Positions 18,269 to 30,455 of a stretch of DNA of 45,822 nt are shown here, in pieces. Position 1 is the stretch's first letter; each line of letters starts with the position of its first letter. The DNA comes from Bacillota bacterium (GTDB lineage: Bacteria > Bacillota > Bacilli > Alicyclobacillales > Alicyclobacillaceae), in the NCBI GenBank assembly GCA_021799255.1, contig JAJZAV010000001.1:1-45822 (forward strand), read 5' to 3'. The notes beneath the pieces are model-generated. The model worked only from the letters and a program-made list of their open reading frames with translations, ran no database searches and was not told the origin of the DNA. The position numbers were made by a program, and so were the translations under genes.

Positions 18269-18814
18269 ATGGAGAATTTGGAGAAGCAGTGGTTCGTAAT
18301 CCATACGTATTCGGGTTACGAAAACAAAGTGAAAAACAACCTGGAAAGCCGTGTGCAGACCATGGGGATGGAGGACAAGATTTTTCGCGTTCTTGTGCCG
18401 ACGGAAGAAGAGCTTGAGGTCAAGAATGGGAAGAAAAAGATTGTCCAACGTAAAGTATACCCTGGGTACGTCATGGTGGAGATGATCATGACCGACGACT
18501 CGTGGTACGTGGTCAGAAACACGCCAGGTGTAACGGGCTTTGTGGGATCCACTGGGGGCGGCTCGAAGCCGATTCCGCTCCTCCCTGACGAAGTGCAATC
18601 CATATTGCGCACCATGGGAGTCGACGAGGTAAAGACGGCCGTGGAGTATGAAGTTGGGGAAGCCGTGCGGTTGATTGATGGGCCGTTTTCGGACATGATT
18701 GGTACCGTAGAGGAGATACACCCGGAACATCAGAAACTGCGTGTGCTGGTTTCGATGTTCGGCAGGGACACTCCGTTGGAACTTGACTTTGGTCAGGTGG
18801 AACGCCTGTCGTAA
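18269..18814 (+). CDS. nusG: Transcription termination/antitermination factor NusG
   Basis: WFVIHTYSGYENKV...VFPGYV..DSWYVVRNTPGVTGFVG plus a KOW motif. Start is ATG 18269 (alternative TTG 18257). Confidence 0.93.
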   Translation: MENLEKQWFVIHTYSGYENKVKNNLESRVQTMGMEDKIFRVLVPTEEELEVKNGKKKIVQRKVYPGYVMVEMIMTDDSWYVVRNTPGVTGFVGSTGGGSKPIPLLPDEVQSILRTMGVDEVKTAVEYEVGEAVRLIDGPFSDMIGTVEEIHPEHQKLRVLVSMFGRDTPLELDFGQVERLS

Positions 18815-18984
18815 TTGAACGGTGGGCGCGAAATATGGACAGTCTCCGGATTCTGCAGCGATGCAAGAATCCGTTGCTGTGGTGCGCTTTTCTACTCGTT
18901 CCATTTTGAGCGGGGAATGTGCGCCGATAGAGTGGGAGGGCGTAAGCCCGCTGACCACATTTTCTGGTGAAGGAGGTGGACGTT

Positions 18985-19413
18985 TTGCCGAAAAAAATCG
19001 TGAAGGTTGTGAAACTGCAGATTCCTGCAGGGAAGGCCACTCCTGCGCCCCCGGTTGGACCGGCTCTTGGCCAGGCCCAGGTGGGTAACATCATGGGGTT
19101 TTGTAAGGAATTCAATGCTCGTACGGCAGACCAGGTTGGTTTGGTGATTCCGGTCGTTTTGTACGTCTACGAGGATCGTTCCTATACATTTGACTTGAAG
19201 ACACCTCCCGCTGCGGTTCTTTTGAAGAAAGCTGCAGGCGTGGAGTCGGGATCGGCGGAGCCGAACAAGAAAAAGGTTGCCACGCTCAAGAGGGCCAAAG
19301 TTCGCGAAATCGCGGAGCAGAAAATGGTCGACTTGAATGCGGCGTCCGTGGAAGCGGCGATGCGCATGGTGGAAGGAACGGCCCGCAGTATGGGCATCAC
19401 CATTGAAGACTAG
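18985..19413 (+). CDS. rplK: 50S ribosomal protein L11
   Basis: [32 protein letters not shown] 18985 lies 6 nt after GAAGGAGGTG. Confidence 0.95.
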   Translation: MPKKIVKVVKLQIPAGKATPAPPVGPALGQAQVGNIMGFCKEFNARTADQVGLVIPVVLYVYEDRSYTFDLKTPPAAVLLKKAAGVESGSAEPNKKKVATLKRAKVREIAEQKMVDLNAASVEAAMRMVEGTARSMGITIED

Positions 19414-19458
19414 TCGGCAAAAGCCGAGTGGTCACCTGACTACGAGGAGGTGTACGAA

Positions 19459-20163
19459 ATGGCAAAGGTAACGAAACGCTTGGCCGATGCGTCCAAGCTT
19501 GTCGATAAGTCTAAGGTCTACGATCCCGCTGAAGCCCTCTCTCTCGTGAAACAACTGGCTACGGCCAAGTTTGATGAAACGATTGAGGTTGCGGTGCGAT
19601 TGGGCCTCGACCCCAAGAAGCAAGATCAGCAGGTTCGCGGGGCGGTCGTGCTCCCGCACGGCACCGGCAAAACGGCGCGCGTTCTGGTATTTGCGAAGGG
19701 CGAAAAGGCCAAGGAAGCAGAAGCCGCTGGAGCCGACTTTGTTGGAGATGACGACCTCATCCAGAGGGTGTCGCAGGGATGGTTCGATTACGATGTCGTC
19801 GTTGCGACTCCGGATATGATGGGTTCGGTGGGCCGTTTGGGCCGAATTCTCGGGCCGAAGGGACTCATGCCTAATCCGAAAACCGGAACGGTGACGTTTG
19901 ACCTAACTCGAGCGCTTGGCGAGATTAAGGCCGGTAAGATTGAGTATCGTGTGGATAGGCAAGGCAATGTCCATGCTCCGATTGGAAAGGCCTCTTTCGA
20001 ACTGGAGAACCTAGTGGGCAACTTCAATACCCTGATGGATGCTCTCACCAAGGCAAAGCCGTCGGGTGCGAAGGGCCAGTATTTCCGCAACGTCTCGGTT
20101 GCGTCGACGATGGGGCCGGGTGTTAAAGTAAACGTCTTACGTTTGACCGCCGTGGCTCAATAA
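19459..20163 (+). CDS. rplA: 50S ribosomal protein L1
   Basis: MAKVTKRL...[24 protein letters not shown] 19459 lies 6 nt after GAGGAGGTG. Confidence 0.95.
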   Translation: MAKVTKRLADASKLVDKSKVYDPAEALSLVKQLATAKFDETIEVAVRLGLDPKKQDQQVRGAVVLPHGTGKTARVLVFAKGEKAKEAEAAGADFVGDDDLIQRVSQGWFDYDVVVATPDMMGSVGRLGRILGPKGLMPNPKTGTVTFDLTRALGEIKAGKIEYRVDRQGNVHAPIGKASFELENLVGNFNTLMDALTKAKPSGAKGQYFRNVSVASTMGPGVKVNVLRLTAVAQ

Positions 20164-20172
20164 GCCCTGCGG

Positions 20173-20199
20173 TTGCCGACTAAGCGAAATTGATATACT
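20173..20199 (+). promoter_or_regulatory. Candidate extended -10 promoter for the rplJL leader
   Basis: TTGCCG (20173-20178), a short 15-nt spacer, TGA then TATACT (20194-20199). Confidence 0.4.
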
Positions 20200-20442
20200 T
20201 GCATCGGACTGCGGCGGACGGCGTCGCAGTCCGATGGAACCGCAGACAGCAGGTCCGCAAGGACAATGGCCACAAGCGCCGCCTGCCGAGGTTCGCGACA
20301 CCTGAGTATGGTGATGTCGCGTCTTCGTGTCTGCGAAGGCGCTTTTTGCGTTTAGGCCGACTTGACACGATGGCCTGAACCTTGGGCGCGAGCCGCTCGT
20401 GGCATGACGCGGGCCCAACAAACTCGAAATGGAGGTGGAGAA
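20200..20442 (+). promoter_or_regulatory. L10 (rplJ) leader region with attenuator
   Basis: ~240-nt structured untranslated leader before rplJ containing an intrinsic terminator. This position and architecture match the L10 leader known in Firmicutes. The class assignment was not checked against a covariance model. Confidence 0.55.
20319..20347 (+). terminator. Attenuator terminator inside the rplJ leader
   Basis: GCGTCTTCG (20319-20327) pairs with CGAAGGCGC (20334-20342), then TTTTT. Confidence 0.7.
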
Positions 20443-20937
20443 ATGAGCGTTTCTGCACATGAGGAGAAAGCGAAATTGGTGCAAGGCATTGCGGATAAAT
20501 TTTCCGCCAGCAAGAGTACCATCGCGACGGACTATCGCGGTCTCAATGTCGCGGAGTTGACGGAACTGCGCAAGCAGTTGCGTGAGGCTGGAATCGAGTA
20601 TCGCGTGTTGAAGAACACGATGAGCCGCAGGGCACTGGAACAGTTGGGGATATCGGGTTTCGACGAATATCTTACCGGCCCCACCGCGTTGGCCTTCGGG
20701 CAGGAGGATCCGGTTGCTCCGGCAAAGATCTTGAACGACTTCTCGAAACGCCACAAGGCTTTGGAGCTGAAGGGCGGCATCGTGGAAGGTCGAGTGGTGG
20801 ATGGAGCTGAAGTCGTTAACCTCGCTGGGCTGCCATCACGCGAAGGTCTCCTGTCTATGTTGCTGAGCGTCTTGCAGGCGCCGATGCGCAACTTGGCCTA
20901 CGCTGTAAAGCAGGTCTCTGAGCAAAAGTCGGAATGA
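20443..20937 (+). CDS. rplJ: 50S ribosomal protein L10
   Basis: The sequence starting at [20 protein letters not shown] matches the L10 family. ATG 20443 follows GGAGGTGGAG. The track start at 20362 is an upstream extension without an SD. Confidence 0.93.
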   Translation: MSVSAHEEKAKLVQGIADKFSASKSTIATDYRGLNVAELTELRKQLREAGIEYRVLKNTMSRRALEQLGISGFDEYLTGPTALAFGQEDPVAPAKILNDFSKRHKALELKGGIVEGRVVDGAEVVNLAGLPSREGLLSMLLSVLQAPMRNLAYAVKQVSEQKSE

Positions 20938-21001
20938 AGGCAGACCCGTTGGTCTGTGAACGTAATTTAATCCATTACAATTCGCTAAGGAGGCGTAACG
21001 C

Positions 21002-21373
21002 ATGACCAAGGAGAGCATTATTGAGGCCATCAAGGGCATGTCCGTGTTGGAACTGAACGACCTGGTTAAAGCCATCGAAGAAGAGTTTGGTGTCACCGCA
21101 GCTGCACCGGTTGCGATGATTGGTGGAGTTGGCGCAGGAGCTGCTGAAGAGGTTGCTGAGCAGACTGAATTTGACGTCATTTTGACCGCTCCTGGTGGTT
21201 CGAAGATCAACGTCATCAAGGTTGTCCGCGAAATCACGGGCCTTGGTTTGAAGGAAGCGAAAGACTTGGTTGACAATGCTCCGAAGCCCGTCAAGGAGAA
21301 GGTTGCCAAGGAAGAGGCCGAGACCATCAAAGGCAAGCTCGAAGAGGCCGGTGCTACTGTCGAGGTAAAGTAA
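21002..21373 (+). CDS. rplL: 50S ribosomal protein L7/L12
   Basis: [26 protein letters not shown], an Ala/Gly hinge, then [19 protein letters not shown]. Confidence 0.97.
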   Translation: MTKESIIEAIKGMSVLELNDLVKAIEEEFGVTAAAPVAMIGGVGAGAAEEVAEQTEFDVILTAPGGSKINVIKVVREITGLGLKEAKDLVDNAPKPVKEKVAKEEAETIKGKLEEAGATVEVK

Positions 21374-21399
21374 CCTCGATTGCGATTTCGGTCAGTGAA

Positions 21400-21438
21400 G
21401 AAGGCTCGTTGCGGCGCATGCTACCGTAGCGAGCCTTC
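21400..21438 (+). terminator. Hairpin after rplL (weak terminator candidate, poor U-tract)
   Basis: GAAGGCTCG (21400-21408) pairs with CGAGCCTTC (21430-21438) around a 21-nt loop. There is no clear T-run. Confidence 0.3.
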
Positions 21439-21499
21439 GGCATTCGGCTTAGTGATTACCCACGTGTAGGCGTGTCGCAGGGGCGGTGGCGATTCATCC

Positions 21500-22111
21500 G
21501 TGAACCACTACTTTTCGAAAAATCCCGATGTTGAAAGCAATCGGAAACATGTGACCTTTACGGTGCGGGGAATCTCTCTCACCCTTATGGTCGATGCGGG
21601 AGTCTTCTCGAAGTCGGGCCTTGACTACGGTACGAGAACTCTTATTGAAGCCGTCGACCTCCCGGCTGACGCAATGGTCGTTGATCTAGGGTGCGGTTAT
21701 GGACCCGTGACGGCCGTTTTGGGGAGGATTTACCCTCAAACTCGATGGTGGCTCGTCGATGTGAATGAGCGCGCATGCCAACTGGCCGCGCTGAACGTGG
21801 CCGAATTTGGCGATAAGGCTAAGGTCTATGAGAGCGACGGTTTCGAGTCGCTACCTGCTGGGCTCGTCGATGTCATCGTGCTGAATCCGCCGATTCGGGC
21901 CGGCAAGGCCGTAATCTACAAGCTCTTTGAAGAATCTTCTGCCAGGCTAACGCGAAGCGGAAGCCTTTGGGTGGTAATGCAAAAGAAGCACGGTGCACCA
22001 AGTGCGAAGGTGAGGCTCGAGGAACTTTTCTCGGATGTAGAGTTGCGGCATCGCAGTTCTGGGTACCACGTTTTCAAGTGTACGGGACCGACCCGCGACG
22101 GTGAGGACTAA
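21500..22111 (+). CDS. ybxB: Class I SAM-dependent methyltransferase (RsmC/YbxB-like small-domain MTase)
   Basis: VVDLGCGYGPV (motif I) and VLNPPIRAGK (NPPxH-like motif IV). Conserved position between rplL and rpoB, as in B. subtilis ybxB. Confidence 0.8.
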   Translation: MNHYFSKNPDVESNRKHVTFTVRGISLTLMVDAGVFSKSGLDYGTRTLIEAVDLPADAMVVDLGCGYGPVTAVLGRIYPQTRWWLVDVNERACQLAALNVAEFGDKAKVYESDGFESLPAGLVDVIVLNPPIRAGKAVIYKLFEESSARLTRSGSLWVVMQKKHGAPSAKVRLEELFSDVELRHRSSGYHVFKCTGPTRDGED

Positions 22112-22147
22112 CAAGATGCTTGGATTCAGGAAATTCGGAAATGAAAT

Positions 22148-22176
22148 TTGACTTTATAGAGCATCCATGTTAAAGT
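22148..22176 (+). promoter_or_regulatory. Candidate extended -10 promoter in the ybxB-rpoB spacer
   Basis: TTGACT (22148-22153), 17-nt spacer ending in TGT, then TAAAGT (22171-22176). Confidence 0.4.
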
Positions 22177-22359
22177 TTTATATTGCATACTCTCTAGAAA
22201 TGGACGGGTGCCCAACTTGCCAATGAATAAAACGCGCAAAGGTTGGTTATAGGTGAATACTATGCTAACGTTTTGCGCTTCAGTTCTCTGTCCTTCTTCT
22301 TGTCTTGCGATGGATCACAGAGCCTAGCAAATCGTTCGCTACCTCTTTCGACATCTGAA

Positions 22360-22395
22360 ATGTGGTTCCCTGCAACCCCATTTTCTTTTTTATTT
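22360..22395 (+). terminator. Candidate attenuator/terminator upstream of rpoB
   Basis: Short imperfect stem TGTGGTT/AACCCCA (22361-22380) followed by a long T-tract, TTTTCTTTTTTATTT. Confidence 0.35.
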
Positions 22396-22684
22396 GTTCG
22401 GATGAGGTGCGGGGGATACGGTTAGTTTGTTTTATGAGCTGCGGATTCCTGCATCGGCGAGGCGGAATCTGGGGCATCTCTATGGATTCGCCCCGTTTAT
22501 AAGACATGCATGGGTTGGGTGCATCGATGCGACCTTGTTCGCTATGGCCTAACGGGTTGTTTCTTTTGTCCTCGCGAGAGGCTCATTGTCCCGGAACCAC
22601 CCTTGTAGTGCTTGTGAGCTAGGCCTGCAGGGTGCAAGTATAGTTTCTTGCCTTGAATTGAATATGGCATGAGGGGTGACAGAC

Positions 22685-25600
22685 TTGCAAGGACACATGG
22701 TCAAGTATGGGTGGCGTGAGCGTCGTTCCTACGCGCGCATCCATGAGGTGCTGGATTTGCCGAATCTCATCGAGATCCAGCAAAAGTCCTACGAGTGGTT
22801 TTTACGTGAGGGCCTGCGAGAAATGTTTGAAGACATCTCGCCGATTCAGGACTTCACCGGCAACCTTGTGCTCGAATTCATTGATTATAGCTTGGGTGAG
22901 CCGAAGTACGACGTTGACGAATCCAAGGAACGCGACGTTACTTATGCCGCTCCGCTTCGGGTGAAGGTACGCCTTTTAAACAAGGAGACGGGGGAAGTAA
23001 AAGAGCAGGAAGTGTTCATGGGGGACTTCCCGCTCATGACCGAAACCGGCACGTTTATCATCAATGGTGCCGAACGCGTTATCGTGAGTCAACTTGTTCG
23101 TTCGCCCAGTGTCTACTTTAACAGCAAGATTGATAAAAACGGGAAGCGGACGTTCGCAGCCACGGTTATCCCTAACCGCGGGGCTTGGTTGGAGTTTGAG
23201 ACGGACGCGAAGGACATTGTGTACGTACGGATAGACCGTACCCGCAAGCTTCCTATCACTGTCCTGCTCCGCGCTCTAGGACTCTCCTCTGACGCCGAGA
23301 TCATCAGTTTGCTCGGGGAGGACGAATATCTTCAGAACACTCTCGACAAGGATACCACGGACTCAACCGAGCGAGCGCTGGTTGAGATTTACGAGCGGTT
23401 GCGGCCAGGCGAACCACCGACGGTGGAGAACGCCCGAGCGCTGTTGGCATCTCGCTTTTTCGATCCGAAGCGCTACGATCTGGCGAATGTAGGTCGCTAC
23501 AAGATTAACAAGAAGCTCCATTTGAAGAATCGACTGCTGAATCAACGTCTTGCTGAGACTCTCGTCGACGCCGATACTGGAGAGATTATCGCGGAGGCGG
23601 GCTCCATCATCGATAGGCGCCTGCTTGACAAGATCATTCCTCTTCTCGAAGGCAACGTGGGTCGGATAGAATTGAAGGCGGCCCCTGAGCTTCTGGAGGA
23701 CGATCTCATCGCGATGCAGGTCGTGAAGATTTTCAGTCCCTCCGAGGATGGAAAGGTCCTTCATGTGATTGGAAACGGCCAAGTACCCCGAAGCGTCAAA
23801 CACATTCTGCCGGCTGACATTCTGTCCGCCGTCAGCTATTTCTTCAACTTGCTTCGCGGAGTTGGCATCACCGATGACATTGATCACCTCGGGAATCGTC
23901 GTCTTCGGTCTGTTGGCGAACTGCTGCAGAACCAATTCCGGATTGGCCTGTCCCGAATGGAGCGCGTCGTTCGAGAACGCATGTCCATCCAAGACGCCAA
24001 CGCCATTACGCCGCAGGCGCTCATCAACATTCGTCCGGTCATTGCGGCCATTAAAGAGTTCTTTGGTTCCAGCCAGTTGTCCCAATTCATGGACCAGACG
24101 AATCCTCTCGCGGAATTGACTCATAAGCGTCGCCTCTCTGCCCTTGGGCCCGGGGGATTGACCCGTGAGCGCGCCGGCTTCGAAGTCCGTGACGTTCACT
24201 ACTCTCACTACGGTCGGATGTGTCCGATTGAAACGCCAGAAGGTCCGAATATCGGGCTCATCAACTCCCTGTCGACCTACGCGCGAATTAACGAGTACGG
24301 GTTTATCGAAACGCCCTATCGGCGCGTGGATCCTGAGACCGGATTTGTTACCGATAAGATTGATTACCTGACGGCCGATGAGGAAGAAAACTACGTCATC
24401 GCCCAGGCCAACGCGGTTCTCGACGAAGAAGGCCATTTTGTCAATGAAGAAGTCGTTGCGAGGTACCGCGGTGACACCCAGCCGGTTCCGCGTGAGCGCA
24501 TCGATTACATGGATGTATCCCCAAAACAGGTTGTGTCGGTCGCTACGGCGTTGATTCCGTTTTTGGAAAATGACGACGCGAACCGAGCCCTCATGGGGTC
24601 CAACATGCAGCGTCAGGCGGTACCCCTGTTGGTGACGGAGGCTCCTTACGTCGGTACGGGGATGGAGCACCAGTCCGCGAAGGACTCCGGCGTGTGTGTT
24701 GTCTGTCGGCGGGCAGGCACCGTGGAAACCGTAACAGCTCGGGAGATCCGCGTTCGCATTGAACAGCTCGTTGACGGCCGGCCCGTTCGCGGAGACGTGG
24801 ATAGGTACAAATTGCAGAAGTTCACCAGATCGAACCAGAATACGTGCATCAATCAACGCCCCATCGTTCGCGAAGGGCAAAGGGTCGAGGTGGGAGATAT
24901 CCTTGCCGACGGACCCGCGACGGAGAATGGCGAACTTGCTCTTGGGCGCAACGTCCTTGTCGCTTTCATGACGTGGGAAGGTTACAACTATGAGGACGCC
25001 ATTTTGCTGTCCGAGAAAGTGGTCAAAGAGGACATCTACACCTCAATTCATATTGAAGAATATGAGCACGAGGCGCGTGATACCAAGCTCGGACCCGAAG
25101 AGATTACTCGCGATATCCCGAACGTTGGGGAGGACGCCCTGCGCAACCTCGACGAGAGAGGCATCATTCGCATCGGAGCCGAGATTCATGCGGGTGACAT
25201 CCTTGTCGGTAAGGTGACTCCGAAAGGTGTGACTGAGCTCACGGCCGAAGAACGCCTGCTTCACGCCATCTTCGGGGAGAAGGCCCGCGAGGTGCGCGAC
25301 ACGTCGCTCCGAGTCCCTCACGGTGGCGCCGGTATAGTGGTGGATGTGAAAGTGTTCACTCGCGAAAATGGAGACGAACTCCCAGCTGGCGTGAACCAAC
25401 TGGTGCGGGTTTACATTGCTCAGAAACGGAAGATTTCCGAAGGCGACAAGATGGCAGGGCGCCACGGCAACAAGGGCGTTGTCGCTCGCATCATGCCTGA
25501 GGAAGATATGCCATTCCTCGAGGATGGAACGCCGGTTGAAATTGTGTTGAATCCTCTCGGTGTACCGTCTCGCATGAATATTGGGCAAGTCCTGGAGACC

Positions 25601-26215
25601 CACCTTGGCATGGCAGCAAAGGCCTTGGGCCTTCACATCGCGACGCCAGTCTTTGACGGGGCTCACGTCGAAGACGTGTTCGGCACGCTAGAAGAGGCCG
25701 GGTTTGACCGCGATGGAAAGCACGTCCTATTTGATGGGAGAACGGGCGAAAAGTTTGACAACCGCGTGACGGTCGGTTACGTGTACATGTTGAAACTTGC
25801 TCACCTTGTCGACGACAAGATTCACGCGCGAAGCACGGGCCCGTACTCTCTTGTCACGCAGCAGCCTCTTGGTGGAAAGGCCCAGTTCGGGGGTCAGCGC
25901 TTCGGGGAGATGGAAGTCTGGGCGCTCGAAGCATACGGCGCCGCGTATACGTTGCAAGAGATCCTTACGGTCAAGTCCGACGATGTCGTGGGCCGTGTGA
26001 AGACATATGAAGCCATCGTCAAGGGAGAGAACGTTCCTGAGCCGGGTGTGCCGGAATCGTTTAAGGTCCTTATCAAGGAGCTGCAAAGCCTTGGAATGGA
26101 CGTGAAGATCCTGAGCGAAGACGAGCAGGAGATAGTCATGCGTGATACCGAGGAAGATGAGGATACCGGAGAAAGGTTGAATCTGAACCTGGAACTGCAT
26201 GAAGTAGGAGATTGA
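22685..26215 (+). CDS. rpoB: DNA-directed RNA polymerase subunit beta
   Basis: 1176 aa, recognisably RpoB throughout ([15 protein letters not shown]..., [13 protein letters not shown]). TTG 22685 lies 5 nt after GAGGGGTGA. Confidence 0.98.
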   Translation: MQGHMVKYGWRERRSYARIHEVLDLPNLIEIQQKSYEWFLREGLREMFEDISPIQDFTGNLVLEFIDYSLGEPKYDVDESKERDVTYAAPLRVKVRLLNKETGEVKEQEVFMGDFPLMTETGTFIINGAERVIVSQLVRSPSVYFNSKIDKNGKRTFAATVIPNRGAWLEFETDAKDIVYVRIDRTRKLPITVLLRALGLSSDAEIISLLGEDEYLQNTLDKDTTDSTERALVEIYERLRPGEPPTVENARALLASRFFDPKRYDLANVGRYKINKKLHLKNRLLNQRLAETLVDADTGEIIAEAGSIIDRRLLDKIIPLLEGNVGRIELKAAPELLEDDLIAMQVVKIFSPSEDGKVLHVIGNGQVPRSVKHILPADILSAVSYFFNLLRGVGITDDIDHLGNRRLRSVGELLQNQFRIGLSRMERVVRERMSIQDANAITPQALINIRPVIAAIKEFFGSSQLSQFMDQTNPLAELTHKRRLSALGPGGLTRERAGFEVRDVHYSHYGRMCPIETPEGPNIGLINSLSTYARINEYGFIETPYRRVDPETGFVTDKIDYLTADEEENYVIAQANAVLDEEGHFVNEEVVARYRGDTQPVPRERIDYMDVSPKQVVSVATALIPFLENDDANRALMGSNMQRQAVPLLVTEAPYVGTGMEHQSAKDSGVCVVCRRAGTVETVTAREIRVRIEQLVDGRPVRGDVDRYKLQKFTRSNQNTCINQRPIVREGQRVEVGDILADGPATENGELALGRNVLVAFMTWEGYNYEDAILLSEKVVKEDIYTSIHIEEYEHEARDTKLGPEEITRDIPNVGEDALRNLDERGIIRIGAEIHAGDILVGKVTPKGVTELTAEERLLHAIFGEKAREVRDTSLRVPHGGAGIVVDVKVFTRENGDELPAGVNQLVRVYIAQKRKISEGDKMAGRHGNKGVVARIMPEEDMPFLEDGTPVEIVLNPLGVPSRMNIGQVLETHLGMAAKALGLHIATPVFDGAHVEDVFGTLEEAGFDRDGKHVLFDGRTGEKFDNRVTVGYVYMLKLAHLVDDKIHARSTGPYSLVTQQPLGGKAQFGGQRFGEMEVWALEAYGAAYTLQEILTVKSDDVVGRVKTYEAIVKGENVPEPGVPESFKVLIKELQSLGMDVKILSEDEQEIVMRDTEEDEDTGERLNLNLELHEVGD

Positions 26216-26400
26216 CGAGCGCTGTATCCCGCGTGCCAAGTTGGGTGATGACGGATTGACCGTTCAAGGAACATCCTTGTGCGACCATCATGTCGTCAAC
26301 CCGACGGGGCGGCGGGTTCGCTCGTGAGCGGCAGGCGCATGCGAGCGGGTACGTGCGCCTTTGCGCGCAGTTTTCGAACGAAGAAGGGAGACGGTACTCC

Positions 26401-29400
26401 TTGTTGGACGTCAACAACTTTGAGTTCATGAAGATTGGCTTGGCCTCACCCGAAAAAATTCGTTCCTGGTCTCATGGAGAAGTAAAGAAACCCGAGACCA
26501 TCAATTACCGTACGCTCCGCCCAGAGAAAGAAGGACTGTTCTGCGAACGGATCTTTGGCCCCCAGAGAGACTGGGAATGTCATTGTGGTAAATACAAACG
26601 CGTCCGATACAAAGGCGTCGTCTGCGATAGATGCGGCGTCGAAGTTACCCGCTCGAAGGTCCGCCGTGAGCGGATGGGGCACATTGAGTTGGCTGCACCC
26701 GTATCGCACATCTGGTATTTTAAAGGCATCCCGAGCCGGATGGGCCTAGTGCTTGACATGTCACCGAGAGCGCTTGAGGAGGTTATCTACTTCGCCTCCT
26801 ACGTGGTCACTGACCCTGGGGATACTCCGCTTGAGAAGAAACAACTGTTGAGTGAAAAAGAGTATCGTTCTTACCGGGAAAAGTATGGCTACGCCTTTGA
26901 GGCGGGCATGGGCGCAGAGGCGATTCGCAAGCTTCTTAACGACATCAACCTCGACAGGGAGGTTGACACGCTGAAGGAAGAGTTGCGCACGGCACAGGGA
27001 CAACGTCGCAATCGCGCTATTAAGCGCCTTGAGGTGCTTGAGGCATTCCGGAATTCACGCAATCACCCGAGTTGGATGATTCTCGAAGCTCTTCCTGTCA
27101 TTCCGCCGGATCTTCGCCCAATGGTTCAGCTCGACGGCGGCCGGTTTGCCACGTCGGACCTGAACGATCTCTATCGTCGTGTCATCAACCGCAACAACCG
27201 CCTAAAGAGGTTGCTGGATCTCGGGGCTCCCGACATCATTGTGCAAAACGAGAAGCGGATGCTCCAGGAAGCCGTCGACGCGCTCATCGACAACGGCCGG
27301 CGTGGTCGTCCCGTTACGGGTCCCGGCAATCGCCCGTTGAAGTCGTTGTCGCATATGTTGAAGGGTAAGCAGGGGCGCTTCCGCCAGAACCTCCTCGGGA
27401 AACGCGTAGACTATTCTGGTCGATCCGTTATCGTCGTCGGTCCTGAACTACGCATGTTTCAATGTGGCTTGCCGAAGGAGATGGCCCTCGAGCTGTTCAA
27501 GCCCTTCGTTATGAAGGAACTGGTAGCGCGAGGGTTGGCGCACAACATCAAAAGCGCGAAACGCAAGGTGGAACGGGTGTCCCCGGAGGTGTGGGACGTC
27601 GTTGAAGATGTCATTAAGGAACATCCGGTGCTGCTGAACCGTGCACCTACCTTGCACCGACTTGGAATTCAGGCCTTCGAACCCGTCCTCGTTGAAGGGC
27701 GCGCCATCAAGTTGCATCCACTTGTGTGTACGGCATATAACGCGGACTTCGACGGTGACCAAATGGCCGTGCACGTGCCGTTGTCAGCCGAAGCCCAGGC
27801 TGAGGCACGGCTGTTGATGCTGGCTGCGCACAACATCCTGAACCCCAAGGATGGGAAACCGGTGGTAACGCCGACGCAGGATATGGTCCTTGGACCGTAT
27901 TATCTGACCATCGAGAAAGAGGGGGCAATCGGGGAAGGGCGTGTGTTTGCGGATCCGGACGAAGTTCGCATGGCATACCAGGATGGGACCGTGGAATTGC
28001 ACTCGCGCATCGCCATACCGACGCGGGCGCTTAACAAGCGGTCGTTCAGCGAAAAGCAGCAAAACGCGATGCTCATCACGACACCTGGGAAGCTCATCTT
28101 CAACGAGGTTTTCCCGACAGACTTCCCGTACCTGCACTCTGCCGCCAAGAGCAATCTCTTAGATGGGACCCCGGACGAGACGTTTGTCTTTGAAAAGGGA
28201 GTCAACCTGAAGGAACGCGTCCTGGCTCGCTCCATACCAAAGGCCATTATCAAAAAGGACCTCGGGAACATTTTGGGTGAGTGCTTCCGGAGATATGGGA
28301 CGACGCAGACGGCGGAGATTCTGGATCGGGTAAAGAAACTTGGATTCCATTACTCCACGCGAGCCGGGATCACGATTTCGGTGGCCGACATCGTAGTTCC
28401 TAAGAAAAAGTCCGACATCATCGCCGAAGCTGAGACGAAACAGCATAAGCTCGACATGCAGTATCGCCGCGGTTTGATTACGGAGGACGAGAAGTACATG
28501 TCCTTCAGCCAAATCTGGACGGAAGCCAAGGAGAAAGTTTCCGATATCCTGATGGATAGCATGGATAAGTTTAATCCGATTTACATGATGGCGACTTCCG
28601 GTGCCCGCGGCAGCAACTCGCAGATTACGCAGCTCGCTGGAATGCGCGGCCTCATGGCGAACCCGGCAGGCCGCATCATCGAGCTGCCGATTAAGTCAAA
28701 CTTCCGTGAGGGTCTGTCCGTGTCCGAGTACTTCATCTCGACTCACGGAGCCCGTAAAGGACTGGCTGACACCGCCCTGAGAACGGCAGATTCGGGATAC
28801 TTGACACGTCGCCTGGTTGATGTCGCGCAAGACACGATTGTTCGACAGGTAGACTGTGGGACTGACAAAGGATTGCGCGTCCAAGAGATTCGTGATGGCA
28901 AGGAAGTCATTGAGGACCTGTACGATAGGCTCGAGGGTCGCGTATCCTTCCAGGATGTCAATCATCCTGAAACCGGCGAGCTCATCGTTGGTAAGAACCA
29001 GTTGATCAACGAAGAGATGGCTAGCGCCATCGTCGAAGCCGGCATCAAAGAAGTTTATATTCGCTCTGTGCTTACGTGTCGGACCAGGCATGGGGTGTGC
29101 GTGAACTGCTACGGGAGAAACCTCGCGACGGGCAAAATGGTGGAAATCGGGGAAGCCGTGGGCATCATCTCTGCGCAGTCCATCGGCGAGCCTGGCACGC
29201 AGTTAACGATGCGTACGTTCCACACGGGCGGCGTTGCTGGTGACGATATCACCCAAGGTCTACCCCGTATTCAGGAGTTGTTTGAGGCTCGAAACCCGAA
29301 AGGTCAAGCGGTCATCACCGAATTCGACGGCGTAATCACGGATATCCGCGAGGTCAAGGACAAGCGGGAAATTGAAGTGACCGGTGAGAGCGAGACGAAG

Positions 29401-30024
29401 GTCTATGCGATTCCGTACGGATCTCGGATTCGAATGACCATGAACCAGAAGGTTGAGGCTGGCGACGAACTCACTGAAGGCTCCGTTGACCCGAAAGAGA
29501 TGTTGCGGGTTAAGGGACTTCAGGGAGTCCAAAACTACCTGCTCAGGGAAGTTCAGCGTGTTTATAGGAACCAGGGCGTGGACATCAACGACAAGCACGT
29601 CGAAGTCATGATTCGCCAGATGCTGCGTAAGGTTCGTGTTCTCGATGCGGGTGATACGGATCTTCTTCCGGGCACGTATACGGATCTGTTCGACTATGAA
29701 GAAGCCAATCGGGTTGCGCTCCTAGCGGGTGGCGAACCGGCCGTAGCCCGTCCGGCCCTACTGGGGATCACGAAGGCGTCGCTCGAAACCGACTCGTTCC
29801 TGTCCGCAGCTTCGTTCCAGGAGACGACGCGGGTTCTTACCGAAGCGGCCATCAAGGGCAAGGTCGACCGTCTGCTCGGTTTGAAAGAGAACGTGATCAT
29901 CGGTAAGTTGATCCCTGCAGGAAGTGGCATGGGACGGTACAGGCATGTAGACTTGGTTGGGGATGAACCCCAAGATGGCGTGACTGAGCCTTCTGAAGAA
30001 ACCGCCGTAACGGTCTCGGAGTAA
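26401..30024 (+). CDS. rpoC: DNA-directed RNA polymerase subunit beta'
   Basis: [24 protein letters not shown]..., the zinc motif [15 protein letters not shown], and [12 protein letters not shown] 26401 follows GGGAG. The 37 extra codons from the track start at 26290 have no homologue N-terminus. Confidence 0.98.
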   Translation: MLDVNNFEFMKIGLASPEKIRSWSHGEVKKPETINYRTLRPEKEGLFCERIFGPQRDWECHCGKYKRVRYKGVVCDRCGVEVTRSKVRRERMGHIELAAPVSHIWYFKGIPSRMGLVLDMSPRALEEVIYFASYVVTDPGDTPLEKKQLLSEKEYRSYREKYGYAFEAGMGAEAIRKLLNDINLDREVDTLKEELRTAQGQRRNRAIKRLEVLEAFRNSRNHPSWMILEALPVIPPDLRPMVQLDGGRFATSDLNDLYRRVINRNNRLKRLLDLGAPDIIVQNEKRMLQEAVDALIDNGRRGRPVTGPGNRPLKSLSHMLKGKQGRFRQNLLGKRVDYSGRSVIVVGPELRMFQCGLPKEMALELFKPFVMKELVARGLAHNIKSAKRKVERVSPEVWDVVEDVIKEHPVLLNRAPTLHRLGIQAFEPVLVEGRAIKLHPLVCTAYNADFDGDQMAVHVPLSAEAQAEARLLMLAAHNILNPKDGKPVVTPTQDMVLGPYYLTIEKEGAIGEGRVFADPDEVRMAYQDGTVELHSRIAIPTRALNKRSFSEKQQNAMLITTPGKLIFNEVFPTDFPYLHSAAKSNLLDGTPDETFVFEKGVNLKERVLARSIPKAIIKKDLGNILGECFRRYGTTQTAEILDRVKKLGFHYSTRAGITISVADIVVPKKKSDIIAEAETKQHKLDMQYRRGLITEDEKYMSFSQIWTEAKEKVSDILMDSMDKFNPIYMMATSGARGSNSQITQLAGMRGLMANPAGRIIELPIKSNFREGLSVSEYFISTHGARKGLADTALRTADSGYLTRRLVDVAQDTIVRQVDCGTDKGLRVQEIRDGKEVIEDLYDRLEGRVSFQDVNHPETGELIVGKNQLINEEMASAIVEAGIKEVYIRSVLTCRTRHGVCVNCYGRNLATGKMVEIGEAVGIISAQSIGEPGTQLTMRTFHTGGVAGDDITQGLPRIQELFEARNPKGQAVITEFDGVITDIREVKDKREIEVTGESETKVYAIPYGSRIRMTMNQKVEAGDELTEGSVDPKEMLRVKGLQGVQNYLLREVQRVYRNQGVDINDKHVEVMIRQMLRKVRVLDAGDTDLLPGTYTDLFDYEEANRVALLAGGEPAVARPALLGITKASLETDSFLSAASFQETTRVLTEAAIKGKVDRLLGLKENVIIGKLIPAGSGMGRYRHVDLVGDEPQDGVTEPSEETAVTVSE

Positions 30025-30033
30025 CGTGGGCAA

Positions 30034-30068
30034 GGGCGACGGATTTGCCTTGTGGGCAACCGTCGCCC
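30034..30068 (+). other. Long GC hairpin after rpoC without a U-tract
   Basis: GGGCGACGG (30034-30042) pairs with CCGTCGCCC (30060-30068), with inner TTGCC/GGCAA pairing. It is followed by ATCATCC, not T-rich. Confidence 0.5.
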
Positions 30069-30121
30069 ATCATCCTCCCTACCCGCCCTTGCGGCTCCTC
30101 CTCGCTTCGCCAAGCTCGCTG

Positions 30122-30151
30122 TTGACATGTTGCTTGCGAGGGTGATAGAAT
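30122..30151 (+). promoter_or_regulatory. Sigma-A promoter of the ybxF-rpsL-rpsG-fusA-tuf (str) operon
   Basis: Consensus TTGACA (30122-30127), 18-nt spacer ending in TGA, then TAGAAT (30146-30151). Confidence 0.6.
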
Positions 30152-30203
30152 CTTCTAGTGTGCCTTGAGCATGGTGTGTTTTTAATTTGGGGAGGCTCGT
30201 GCG

Positions 30204-30455
30204 ATGTCTCTCGACCGCATACGCCTTGCAAGGAAGCGAACGATTGGAACTAACCAGACTGCAAAGGCATTACAAGCGAACTTGGCGCGAGAAGTGTTTG
30301 TTGCAAGAGACGCAGATACCCATGTTGTGCGTCCGGTAATCGCCATGGCGAAGGACAAGGGTGTTCCTTTACAGTGGGTGGATTCCATGAAGCTTCTCGG
30401 GAAAGCATGCGGTATTGAAGTTGGCGCCGCAACAGCTGCAATTCTCGATGAGTAA
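30204..30455 (+). CDS. ybxF: L7Ae-family K-turn-binding protein (YbxF-like)
   Basis: IGTNQTAKAL...ARDAD...SMKLLGKACGIEVGAATAAIL resembles B. subtilis YbxF, and the position before rpsL is the same. Confidence 0.85.
   Translation: MSLDRIRLARKRTIGTNQTAKALQANLAREVFVARDADTHVVRPVIAMAKDKGVPLQWVDSMKLLGKACGIEVGAATAAILDE

Noticed and set aside
22243-22507. Two ORFs in the ybxB-rpoB spacer: 60 aa on the + strand and a basic 75 aa on the - strand.
   Set aside because: Neither has a Shine-Dalgarno sequence at proper spacing, and neither has a family resemblance I can recognise. They overlap each other within an AT-rich non-coding-looking tract.
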